A DNA stretch of 64,000 bases from NCBI RefSeq assembly GCF_002113885.1, contig NW_018408310.1, positions 184,201 through 248,200 of the forward strand, read 5' to 3'. The notes below the pieces were generated by a model. It was not told where the DNA came from and made no database searches. It worked only from the letters and a program-made list of their open reading frames with translations. Shown one piece after another: positions 13,301-26,000 of the stretch. A program made the position numbers and the translations under genes. The stretch comes from Mizuhopecten yessoensis (lineage: Eukaryota). How positions within the stretch are numbered: position 1 is the stretch's first letter; every line of letters begins with the position of its first letter.

Positions 13301-16273
13301 TTTTGTTTGTCTGCCTATGGTACAGTCTGTCTAAGGTTATGTCTATCTTTTGGTTTGTCTGTCCATGGTACAGTCTGTCTAAGGTTATGTCTATCTTTTT
13401 GGTTTGTCTGTCTAAGGTACAGTCTGTACAATATTATGTCTATCTTTTGGTTTGTCTGACTATGGTACAGTCTGTCTAAGGTTTTGTCTTTCTTAGATGA
13501 CGCTTGTCTTATATTTTGTCTAATAGTGATTTTATATGTCTACGGTAATGTCTGTTGTGGTAACACCAGTCTAATATGTTTTCTATTGATGATATCGTTG
13601 AATATGGTAAGGTCTTTCTATGGTAATTTATATCTATGTTTATTTCTATCTATGACTATGTCTATCTATGGTTAGGTCTGTCTATGGTTATTTCTATCTA
13701 TGATTATGATATCTATGGTAAGGTGCGTCTATGGTTATTTCTATCTATGATTATGTATATCTATGGTTAGGTCTGTCTATGGTAAGGTCTGTCTATGTTT
13801 TTTTCTAAATATGGTAACGTCTTTCATAACAGCTTTATTTGGTTATCTTTCTGTAGAGTAGTGTCTGTCTATCATTGTCTGCCTAAGTTAAGTATACATA
13901 TGGTAACATTTCCAATATCTTTACACTTACAGAAAAACAGTAGTGTGGTGATGTGCAAAGTGGACCCGACGACAGTGGAGATAGGGTATACCGACCCACT
14001 CAAAAACTCCTATGCTGCCTTAAAGGTTTATACGTTAAGAACTTGTTGTATTACATTTCTACACAGATGTATCCACCTTATCAATTAGATATTTTCACTT
14101 TCTTGAGTTTTGAAAAGTAATGTTATCCAAAATGCATTGCATTGAACACTAACATAATTGGGAATATCTAATAGTTATGCATATTTGAATAAGTGATAGA
14201 TAGCAAAATAACGACAAGAAGAATGAGCAATTCAAAACAAGAAAAATGGAGTGCATCAGTCAAAATATGTACTTGGTTTTCTAAGATAAGGTTTTTTGCT
14301 TCAAGATTGTCGAAGCACTGACAATCACCGATAAACTTGAAGATGAAACAGGACAAGATTTGCTTTATGTGATATCACGGTTATGTTAGCTCTGTGCGAA
14401 TTTATCATAGAGTATGTACAGTAGGCGAACGAAGTTTTTATTCAATGAAAACAAAAGTGTCAAGAGAACAGTAATTCTAAGTCAAAATCGATGACATCAG
14501 GGCGAATTGAACCCGACATGTATTGATATGCTAAATGTATGCAATGAAAATATTTTCAAAGACTCGTGACAAAGAAACCACACGTCACCATTTTGATCAC
14601 AAATTCATCAAAATTCCTATTGCACAAGGAAACAGAATATTTCCAAATCAAATAATGACGGCGACCATAAAACCTGGCCTAAATCTCCTCAAGCTGTAGC
14701 TCTCGCACCCTGTTGTAAGTAGGTCAGTAAGCAATCGATAAATTACTATCAAGAATGAGAAAGTATGCGTTCGAAAATTATTCAGCAGTACTTAGAATGG
14801 TGGTGGTGCCTTACAATAATCAGTACCAAAAAGCTTATTTCTTGAAGTCGTGAAGTACTCAATCGAAAAGTCAATCCGAAACGGAAAGACACCAAATCAA
14901 AGGAAAGGCGAAACAAAAAAAGATACGCGTTTTTCTGCACCATATGTGTTAAAACCTTAAGTGAAACAAATCGGTCACTAGCAATCTAAGAAACTGTAAA
15001 TAATCATAATAGCCCCGGCCGTTACATAGTTAGAAGTAAGGCAATGGTTACGAGCGTAATATTTCCTCAGCAAAGGTTGATAGCCTCCACAGTAGAAAAA
15101 TGTGGCCATGTTGTCAATCTGTCATAAGGATACATTCATCCACAACATTATGATAATGAGGACAGGTCGAGTTATCTCCCATGTGGCGTACATCATAGAT
15201 GTCACCACATTTATATTCAGTTTCTGATTAGATAATCTGGTGAAAGGAAATGTGACATGCAAACCCAATGAGCTAGGGAGGCTGGTATTTTACTACTTAG
15301 AAAGAGCAAAAGGGGGGGGGGGGGGCATTCTGTTTTAAGCAAACGAAACGTACATTACGTCGCATATAAGTAGCAAACGAAACGTACCTTAACAACACTG
15401 TTTCAAAATGATCGGTGTTTGAAGAGAAGTTATCGACATTTGGCGCATATAAATAGCATAAATTGAAGTACATTTGTTGTTGCAGACTGTATCCACCCTA
15501 ACCAATGTGTCAGTAGCCCGTAACGGATCCTATATGACGTGTACATTCGCTCGGATCAAGAAACCAACGGAGTTCCCGACTCAGATATTTGCTCTAAACC
15601 AAACCGATCTATATCTTCTGAATGCACATGGACCACTTATAGGTGATAACTTATGAAGAGGAATTGATAAATAAATGCAAATTTAGAAACATCATATTTC
15701 AAATTTCTTTAGTTTAAACAAAACTTTTTAGTTTGAAATTTGACATTAATTTGTAAACACGAAATCGAGCTAGGAAACATATTTTTTTTATTTGATTCAT
15801 CGCCTAAAATGTGACATAAAAATTACTTGCTCGTGGTATGTTTTCTATTTTACTGGAGCTATATTAGTATTATTGAAAATCAAAAAAAAGTAATTTGTGA
15901 TTTTTATCAATTTAACTGGTTATATTGTCTCTGTTAATAATACTATGATTTTGTAATGGTGTCATTTCCAATCAAATGTTAATTAAAATAATGTCTGATG
16001 TTGATGCGTATGATATCTAATATACTTATTTATTTTTTATTTCAAGACGGCATACCTGGCTATCACAACGCAATCAGGCAAGCAAGCGCGAGCACCCTGT
16101 CGTTCGTAAATATGACCGACACTACTCCAATTTTGCCAACAACTGACGCCCCTCCTACCAGCACTCAGATGGCAACTCCTAGCACCACTCCTGCTAATAC
16201 TGCTACACCCCTGAAAATCACTATTTCGTCCATGTTCCTTACATGTTTGGCAGTGGTCGTCACACTCCTGTAA
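10376..16273 (+). CDS. Gene A: secreted single heme-DOMON protein with Thr/Pro stalk and GPI-signal-like tail (~242 aa)
   Basis: Exons 10376-10423, 12087-12290, 13933-14025, 15486-15642, 16047-16273, all GT-AG and in frame. Motifs CGSTKGC, WAAIGFSKDNQM (axial Met), SVVMC, CTFAR, LNAHG, GYH (axial His), hydrophobic C-terminus. Confidence 0.88.
11159..11642. repeat. 31-bp minisatellite, ~15 copies
   Basis: Unit TTCCATCATGATACGATTAGTGCTTAGTGCT in intron 2 of gene A. Confidence 0.95.
11756..11946. mobile_element. Palindromic MITE (~190 bp, long terminal inverted repeats), copy 1
   Basis: TATTCCGTCTTTGCGTATTGCAGAGTTATC... pairs with ...GATAACTCTGCATTACGCAAAGACTGAAT. Second copy in the opposite orientation at 16463-16654. 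Confidence 0.85.
12500..13800. repeat. Satellite of 16-bp monomers with a 48-bp higher-order unit (intron 3 of gene A)
   Basis: GGTACAGTCTGTCTAA-GGTTATGTCTATCTTT-TGGTTTGTCTGTCTAT, period 48 in 12741-13480, with degenerate 16-mers on either side. Confidence 0.92.
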
Positions 16274-16462
16274 AGAGAATAGAACTGGTTTCTATACAAA
16301 CAGCTTTTAAATCCAGTGTATCTTGGTCAAATTGAAACGTTTCATTAGTATAAAGTTATCTATAAATTCTAACGATGAAGTTCGTCAAATACCAAGGAAA
16401 AGATGTCTGGAGCAAAATAAGTCTTTCCTCTATTTCTGATTAAGAAATATAATGCATTTAAC

Positions 16463-16654
16463 TATTCCGTCTTTTTGTATTGCAGAGTTATCTGCTCTTG
16501 TGAGCAGGTATTGATTGTGACGTCATTTGTTTGTGAGAGGATAACGTCATCAAATTTTGAGAAAACGACGTAATTTTCTCATACAAACCAATGAGGTAAC
16601 AATCAATACCTGCTCACAAGAGAAGATAACTCTGCAATACGCAAAGACGAAATA
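16463..16654. mobile_element. Palindromic MITE, copy 2 (3' of the gene A stop)
   Basis: Near-identical reverse complement of 11756-11946, TA at both ends. Confidence 0.85.
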
Positions 16655-16761
16655 CAAAGTATTTTCTACTGTCATCTAGTACTCTTTCGCACAGTTTACA
16701 AAGCGTTGCTAGATAATACAATGTCTCGATACTGAGCATGAAAGACATGCAGTATGTTATT

Positions 16762-16921
16762 TAAGGAATGATTTTTATTTTTTCAACATTTATGAGGTCA
16801 TAACAACAATGGGTTTATGGACATATTGAATGAATCGCGTTAGCGATTCATGTAAAATATGTCCAAAAACCCATTGTTGTTATGACCTCATAAATGTTGA
16901 AAAAATAAATATCATTCCTTA
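16762..16921. repeat. ~160-bp near-perfect palindrome
   Basis: TAAGGAATGAT...ATGAATCGC-GTTA-GCGATTCAT...ATCATTCCTTA; ~78-bp arms with few mismatches. Confidence 0.9.
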
Positions 16922-18854
16922 TATTTACATTGACGAATCCTTTCAGTGGATCGATATAACAACGAATAAAACAAATAAACAGGGTTTGTTCCTGCTTATA
17001 CACGGGTGCAACGCAGTGGCGAGAACAGTGTTTTTTCGCGGGGAAATGTGACACTATCGTGAGAGATCTTAGCAACCGTCAACAACAATAACACAACAAA
17101 ATGTAGTTCCATATTCAATGTTTATTTGTAGCACAGGACACGTGAATACGTGGATATTTCACAAAGCACAGTTCAATAATATTTTAAGATGTAAGAATTA
17201 AGCATCTAGGTCGGTCGTTCCGAGTGAGTAGTTTTTGTAGTGTATTACTACGCAGTGTGATCAGGTTACTATCAGTTCCCACGTGCTGAGATTCTATGAA
17301 CACCTGTGTTATGCATTTATGAATGTAATTTTTGTCAATGGGTCTAAGCATACAGAATGTAAATATATACACATGTAAAGCAAATACAGAGGTTATTGGT
17401 ATCACACGGATGGCCGATATATGTAATATATCTTTTTATATTCAGATGAACACTTTTTCATTAAGACAATAAGCTATTTCAGAATGGATAAACATAATAA
17501 TTTCCAAAACTTATAAACAGATAATAACCATCATTCATTAATCTTAGCGTACGCATCTAGTTAAAAAAAAATAAAAAAAAAATTTTGTTAAGGCTTATTT
17601 TAATTGTATGTACATTATATCTATACATGTATAATTTAACAAGATAGTTGTATTTAAAGATAATTTCGTATTGATTTTTTCAGCCTTGTTTACGTTAGTA
17701 TGCATTGCTTATTAACAGTATGATATAAGTGAACATTATCATTGTGCTTTGACACGGTAAAAAAATCCCGCGCGACACCAGGTTTCTTTTTGTGATATAG
17801 GATCTGGTATTTCATCAAGAGGGGTGAGAGGTTGTCAGGTATTAGAAGGTGAGGGGCATCTAAATACTATAAGCCCAAATAAAATTTGGACTGAAATACC
17901 TCCTATATTCCTGGACCGATCGTTTGGGGTTTTCGTTCTCTGTTTTTAGGGAATTTCTGGGGATTTAAAAGCCAGGACACAGGGACAATCTCCGAAAGAA
18001 CTTCATATGTTTCCAATAGAGAATAATTTCCGTTCACACTTTTCCTTTTAACACGACAGCATTAAAAGACACATCATTCTGTTTTGTTAATTAATCATCT
18101 ACGTGTCATTGATATATCTTAGTACGTATCTGGTAAAGTATATAAATCATATTAAGGGGCGTACATGTGTGACATTTATCAATATGCATTCGTTGAGAAT
18201 ATACGTCACACTAAGGGGGTACATGTATGATAGCCATGAGTATGTATTAAGGGGAGTATTTATATCATAGTTAAGAGATATGTGTTTTTGAAAGTATTCA
18301 AAAGTTTTACTTCAAATGTTGCATTTTGACACAGTATTAGCAGTGAAAAATTACTTAGTTCAACTTTCAAAATTTTAAATATCAATATTTTAAAGACTAC
18401 TTTGTTTTTTGTTCTCCTTCAACAGCAAAGATAATGGGTTTTTTTATGTGAAAATCCTTTGAAATACATGTTCACATTACAAAAAGACTACATTTATAGA
18501 CAAATGTGTACCTCATTTCAGCTCGCATGTGCAAGAGACGGTGTCCAAAATTAGAGTAGGCGAATATGAAAGCATTTGATTGTTCAATTTTACAAATGTT
18601 AGAGAAGTATAATATATTGTATACCTATTTACTCATTCCAGTTTGTCGTCAATACTAAATGCCCAATAAGAGCCATTCCTTGTGAAATAACGTCCTTTTT
18701 TTAATCTTCGAAAAAGCATGAGACATGGCGGTTATAAAAACTGCCAAGATTATTACAATTATGGTAAATATTTAATAACAAGTTTGTCTGTATGTTTGAC
18801 ATGTCACATCCCATCCTCACGTGATGAAAATCTACATCAACATGCTCCCTAGGG

Positions 18855-18985
18855 AGTTGAGAAAGATATTGGCTGGTTGCAAAGGCCCTATAACCACGGA
18901 TAATAATTTGTGAACCGCCTTGAGAAGACCTCCGAACTAGGTTGTGAGAAAGCGGTATATAAGAACCTCGAATTATTATTATAAA
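18855..18985 (+). mobile_element. 3' fragment of the SINE family at 8739-9082
   Basis: GTTGAGAAAGATATTGGCTGGTTGCAAAGGCCCTAT...TATAAGAACCTC-(ATT)n matches 8945-9075. Confidence 0.85.
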
Positions 18986-19557
18986 CAGCACATCAACTTA
19001 CCGAAAAGAAAACTGAAACTGAGTGAAACATTTAGAAACGAGTGCTTAAATAGAACCTAACTATAATCCCATTTTATGAAAATGCCATAAGAAGAAAGCA
19101 ATAAATAATATACAAGATAACATGCATTTCATTAGCTTTTCGTTTCCTAGATAATGCTCCTCGATTCTGCCTCAACCTCAAAACCTCATACAATTTTGCT
19201 TCGCCTGTCCCGTCATTCTGACCCTTTGTTTGTCTGTAGGTATGCACAATGTATGTTATGGTTTTATTAAAATGTGTGATGTAAAACAAATGCTCTCTTC
19301 TGTTATCAATTAAGTACACAACGATTGAATATACAGACTGGATGTTAATATTTTCAAGCTAACAATGAGTTCAACATCAAAAGGACTCTCTGGATTTGTT
19401 TGCAAAACTGAATGCGACAAACTTACAACTACAACGTGCAAATCAATCTTAGATTCATTGTTCATGCTTGTGTTTATTTGAGTCTGACAGTGTCTTGAGT
19501 TTCTATAGATTTACAGTCATAGTTTAAGTTGTACTTTTAAAAAAAAAACATTTATAT

Positions 19558-19701
19558 GATTGACGTTGGAAACGGAAATTTGAAAGGAAGTTTGTCTCAT
19601 TTCGGAAGCTGCTTTTGTCATAACGGTATTAAAGTGTAGGCTGCTGATCTGTCTAATTCAGTGTATCACATGGCGGCGAAGAAGGAACGTAAATAGTGAA
19701 G
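19558..19701 (+). promoter_or_regulatory. Promoter and non-coding exon 1 of gene B (GC donor, uORF)
   Basis: Homologous to 9890-10033. TATTAAAG at 19627, donor GAAG|GCAAGT at 19701, uORF MAAKKERK* at 19670-19696. Confidence 0.6.
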
Positions 19702-20076
19702 GCAAGTACCCTCCTGAACCATTTATTGAATGAATAATACATTTTCGACATGTAAGCTAAAACAATGTTTTTCAACTTATTTAGTAAGCTATTTATTCAA
19801 TTTCTACTGTGATAATGAATGAAATACAAAGGCAATTTTTAAGTTAAATATTGTACAAGATGCCGACTTTGATATGCCCCGTGCTGTATCATGTACATCT
19901 GTTGAATCGGGTCCGCTTTTCTGAAACGCTTTAAAAAGGCAAATTATATTATTTTGGTAGACAAAAGGAAAAAAATCGTTTGAACTATAAAGATTTTTTT
20001 TATTGTAATACGATTAGACAAATTAAGCTGTTTTCGATTTGACAAATTTAAACTTACTCATTTCAGTTTGTTTCAG

Positions 20077-23000
20077 ATGTTACAAACAGCGATCATCGCC
20101 ACATTCGTCTTCATTCAAATATCGGTACGTATACTTTTAAAGAAAACAGCTTTTCAATGTCATAACAAAACATATTATACATGTAATAACAATTATAAGG
20201 ATTATAACACGAAGATATAACAGAAAGAAGTAAGAACTTAATTGAGACGGCTATAATCACAATGAAAAGGTCGAGGCATGGAATGAACACCCTGAATACA
20301 ACGTGCTGTTGTGGTAGTTTTTGGTATTTCCTCGAGCTGTGGAATGATAACATATAGTTTTAACTAAGAATTAAATCTGCCATCACCATCTCTTAATAAG
20401 ATATATCTAAAGAGATAAATGCTCGCGTAAAAAATGGCATATATCCAATGATGAAATGCCGATGAAGACAGGAAACCGTCACAAATTATGTATATAAATT
20501 ACTGTGTACCGACATAACTGTCATTTATATCTCGCGTATAATTCGATAAAATAAAAGAGGTTCGCAATGGTTTGTTAATTTGTATTTAGAAAAACATTGA
20601 GAAAGAAAGTAAATAAATTGATAAGCTATGACATTCTTAATCCGAAATTGAGAATTCGAAAATTTCCTGACAAGTTTGAAGAGTCAAAACACGAATATCT
20701 TTTCAAAATCACAAACATTTCTATTTTTAATTCACCTGGCGAACTTGTTTTCATGGGACAGCGTTCGTTTGTCTACATTTGTTCGTTGGTTGTCAATGTT
20801 TCTTTTTAAAAAGGTATTTCGACTTAATTTAAGAGATGTTGGTTTTGACCCTAATCTTAGTGGAGCATCCCTGGGCCATGATTATTGCATATATTATCAA
20901 TGAAAGTTCTCTTTGAGATGGGATAAGCATTTTGACGTATTCCTGCTTTGGGTAATGTCGATTTATCTTTCTGTTTTCACGAAAATCTGGAATTTTATTG
21001 TTTTTAAAAGAAGCAAAAAAGAAAAAGAAAAAGAAACAAACACGCTTAAGTACCGATGATGAAGATTTGTTCTAATTCAACATGAAACATTCCTGAACCA
21101 AGGGATTTCAATATTCAGAGAAGTAAAGGGTGTTTCTATAATGGGGATACACTTCTAAAATATCGGGATGGGAATTTGGCTTTATTTGGCATTGGTGGTT
21201 TCCCTTAAAAATAGGAGAAATTAGGATATAACCATAACACTTCTCCCTAAGAGTAGCTGAAGGGGTTATCACGCAAAACAGTCGATGAAGGCGCTATATT
21301 GTTGAAAAATTAATGGGGATGCTCTCTATAAGAAAAGAGGGTCCGGTCCGTGAGTAAATTTGTCAAAAAACTTAACTTCTTTTCATTTAGCGAACACTTT
21401 CAAAGATTTATCAAACTTGAGGGACTAACATTTTTTTGTAATATTTCGGACTGATGTGTCATCCTGCTGGGGTAGCTAACACTAATGTGGTGTCCCTGTG
21501 TTCTGCAGGACAGAATTGATTTTACAAACACACCAAAAAGTTACTTTATCGAACTTCAAAATACATGTATAACGGCTAATTCTTATAAGTGGATCAATAT
21601 ATAGGTACTATTGTGTTGTCTAGCAGTAGCGGTGGTAGTTTCAAGTAAGCATGTATTGTGTTTATGTTTATTTAGAATCTGATGTGCCTATCAATAATCA
21701 ATCACTTCGACATCAAGCGCATTAAATATTGTGTGATTTCATTTCAGTTTTTGTTTGTTTTCAATTTTGAAGCACCATTTAGTTGATTTAATGTAAATAA
21801 TTGAAGACATATACAACGGGAATTTAACTTGAATTTGATCACATAATGAAGAAAATTATATTATATGCATTTATTGACCATATATATTAAATATAACAAC
21901 TAAGAAGATACTCTAATTCCAGTTGACTTGTGCTGTAATTACGTCCGATCCTGAATGCGGTAAAACAAAGGGGTGTTACCCCTCCATCTGTCCCGTAGGT
22001 GGATGTCAAGAATTTCACTTAAGCTGGGAGGACGCTGGGGAATACCTAAGGTTCAAGATGATAGTTGAAGTTCCAGCAGATGAGGTTGTATGGGCAGCAA
22101 TAGGTTTCTCAAAGGACAACAGAATGGTAGGTCTGCTCAAATAGACGGGGAGACAGAGTGACAGGGATAAGGCAGAAAGACAATTAACAAAAACACTGAC
22201 AAAAAGGCGTCTTAAAAAATGTTTTACAGGCGATTTTATAATACATTGTTGTTATCCGTTGGACCGACGACAAGGTCTTCAAGTTAAATTTTAATCTGTA
22301 TGAGATAAATATCTATAAATGGATGTGTCTATCTATGGTAACGATTATCTATGGTTATTTCCATTCACAGTAACGTTCGTCAATGGTTATGCTTATCGAA
22401 CACTTGTATGTGGTTATGTCTTTTTATGGTAATGCATGTTTTCTTTGATAATGTTTTTCTATTGTACTTGTCTTTTTGTCAATCTATAGTAACACTCGTT
22501 TATAGTAACGTCAATCTATGGTTACACTCGTTTATTGTAACGTCAATCTATGGTTACACTCATTTATTGTAACGTCAATCTATGGTTACACTTGTTTACG
22601 GTAACATCAATCTATGGTTACACTTGTCTATGGATATGTCATTATATGGTTACACTCGTTTATTGTAACGTCGATATATGGTAACACTTGTTTACGGTAA
22701 TATCAATCTATGGTTATACTTGTCTATGGATATGTCAATCTATGGTTACACTTGTCTATGAATATGTCAATATATGGTTACACTCGTTTATTGTAACGTC
22801 AATCTATGGTTACACTTGTTTACTGTAACATCAATCTATGGTTACACTTGTCTATTGATACGTCAATCTATGGTTACACTTGTCTATTGATACGTCAATC
22901 TATGGTTACACTTGTCTATGGATACGTCCATATATGGTTACACTTGACTATGGATACGTCAATATATGGTTACACTTTTCTATGGATACGTCAATCTATG

Positions 23001-26000
23001 GTTACACTTGTCTATGGATATGTCATTATATGGTTACACTCGTTTATTGTAACGTCAATATATGGTAACACTTGTTTACTGTAACATCAATCTATGGTTA
23101 CACTTGTCTATTGATACGTCAATCTATGGTTACACTTGTCTATGGATATGTCAATAGATGGTTACACTCGTTTATTGTAACGTCAATATATGGGAACACT
23201 TGTTTACGGTAACATCAATCTATGGTTATACTTGTCTATGGATATGTCAATCTGTGGTTACACTTGTCTATGGATACGTCAATCTATGGTCACACTTGTC
23301 TATGGATATGTCAATATATGGTTACACTCGTTGATTGTAACGTCAATATATGGTAACACTTGTTTACGGTAACATCAATCTATGGTTATACTTGTCTATG
23401 GATATGTCAATCTGTGGTTACACTTGTCTATGGATACGTCAATATATGGTTACACTTGTCTATGGATACGTCAATCTATGGTTACACTTGTCTATGGATA
23501 TGTCAATATATGGTTACACTCGTTTATTGTAACGTCAATATATGGTAACACTTGTTTACGGTAACATCAATCTATGGTTACACTTGTCTATGGATACGTC
23601 AATCTATGGTAACACCTGTCTATGGTAAACATCTTTCTTTGATAATGCATGTCTATGGTAACGTCTTTATATGGAAACATTTGTCTATAGTTACGTCTAT
23701 CTATGATAACGCATGTTTATGGTTACCTGTCCATATGGTAACATATATCTGTTTTAACGTCTTCCTATGGTAATGCATGTCTATAATTACGTCTACCTAT
23801 ATGATTACACCTTTCGATGGTTACGTCTTTCTATGGTAACAACTGTCAGTGGTAACGTCTATATATGGTAACGCATGTTTATGGTAACGTCTATATATGG
23901 TAACGCATGCTTACAGTAACGTCTATATATGGTAACGCCTGTCTATGATTACGTCTATCTATGGTAACGCCTGTCTCTAGTGACGTCTATTTATTGTAAC
24001 GCCTGCCAATGATTGCATCTATCTATAATGAGGTTTGCTTATGATCGCGTCTATCTGTGGTAACGCCTGTCTATGATAATGTCTATCTGTGGACACGCCT
24101 GTCTATGATAATGTCTATCTGTGGTAACGCCTGTCTATGATAATGTCTATCTATGGTAACGCCTGTCTATGCTTACGTCTATCTGTGGTAACGCCTGTCT
24201 ATAGTGACGTTTATCTATAGTAACGCCTGTCTCTAGTGACGTCTATTTATTGTAACGTCTACCAATGATTGCATCTATCTATAATAACGTTTGTTTATGA
24301 TCGCGTCTATCTGTGGTAACGCCTGTCTATAGTGACGTTTATCTATAGTAACGCCTGTCTCTAGTGACGTCTATTTATTGTAACGTCTTCCAATGATTGC
24401 ATCTTTCTATAATAACGTTTGCTTATGATCGCGTCTGTCTGTGGTAACGCCTGTCTATGATAATGTCTATCTATGGTAACGCCTGTCTATGATTACGTCT
24501 ATCTATGGTAACGCCTGTCTATAGTGACGTCTATCTATGGTAAAGCCTTCTAAAGTGACGTCTATCTATGATTGCGTCTATCTACGGTAACGCCTGTCTA
24601 TAGTGAAGTCTATATATTGTAACGCCTGTCTATGATTACGTTTATCTATGGTAACGCCTGTCTATGGTTACGTCTATCTATGATTACGTCTATCTATGGT
24701 AACGCCTGTCTATAGTGAAGTCTATATATTGTAACGCCTGTCTATGATTACGTCTATCTATGGTAACGCCTATCTATAGTGACATCTATCTATGATTGCG
24801 TCTATCTATGGTAACGCCTATCTATAGTGACGTTTATCTATGGTAACGCCTGTCTATAGTGACGTCTATATATTGTAACGCCTGTCTATGATTACGTCTA
24901 TCTATGGTAACGCCTATCTATAGTGACNTATTGTAACGCCTGCCAATGATTACATCTATCTATAATAACGCTTGTTTATGATTACGTCTATCTATGGTAA
25001 CGCCTGTCTATGATAATGTCTATCTGTGGTAACGCCTGTCTATGATAATGTCTATCTATGGTAACGCCTGTCTATGATTACGTCTATCTATGGTAACGCC
25101 TGTCTATGATTACGTCTATCTATGGTAACGCCTGTCTATAGTGACGTCTATATATTGTAACGCCTGCCAATGATTGCATCTATCTATAATAACGTTTGTC
25201 TATGATTGCGTATATCTATGGTTACATCTGTGTATGGTTACAAGTGTGTATGAAACTTCTATCTACTCTTACAACTGTGTATGGTTACTTCTATCTATGG
25301 TTACATCTGTGTATGGGTACTTTTATCTATGGTTACAACTGTGTATGGCTACTTCTATGGTTACAATTGTGTATGGTTACTTCTATCTATGGTTACAACT
25401 GTGTATGGTTACTACTACATGTATCTATGGTTACAACTGTGTATGGTAACTTCTATCTATGGTTACATATGTGAATGTTTACTTCTATTTATGGTTACAA
25501 CTGTTTATGGTTACTTCTTTCTATGGTTACTTCTTTATATGGCTACTTCTATCTATGGTTAAAACTGTGTATGGTTACTTCTATCTGTGGTTACATCTGT
25601 GTATGGTTACTTCTAATTGTGGTAACACATGTCGATGATTACGTCATATGTGGTAATGCTTGTGCCTTTTGAAGGTTTTTTCTGCACATGGTTGTCTTTG
25701 ATTCGTATTTCTATGGCAACATATTTTTTATACTCGTAGAGAGACACCAGTGTGGTAATGTGCAAATCGGACACGATGACAGCCGAAATAGGGCATAATG
25801 ATCCTTCACGATTCTTCTATGCTCCTTTAAGGGTATGTGCTTCAAGAACTGTTTATCATATACTGTACTGAATATGAAAAGTGATGATAATCTTTGAATC
25901 TTTTAAGCTCTTTAATTAAGTAATTTTATTACTTTAAATTTTTTAGAGAAGATCTGATTGATTCCAAATTACATTATGATTATAGTGGTTTATTAAGAAA

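Noticed and set aside
12713-13675. Overlapping 60-170 aa hydrophobic ORFs
   Set aside because: Translations of the 48-bp satellite inside intron 3 of gene A.
22351-25672. Many short Y/G/W-rich ORFs
   Set aside because: Translations of the 16/32-bp satellite in gene B intron 3.
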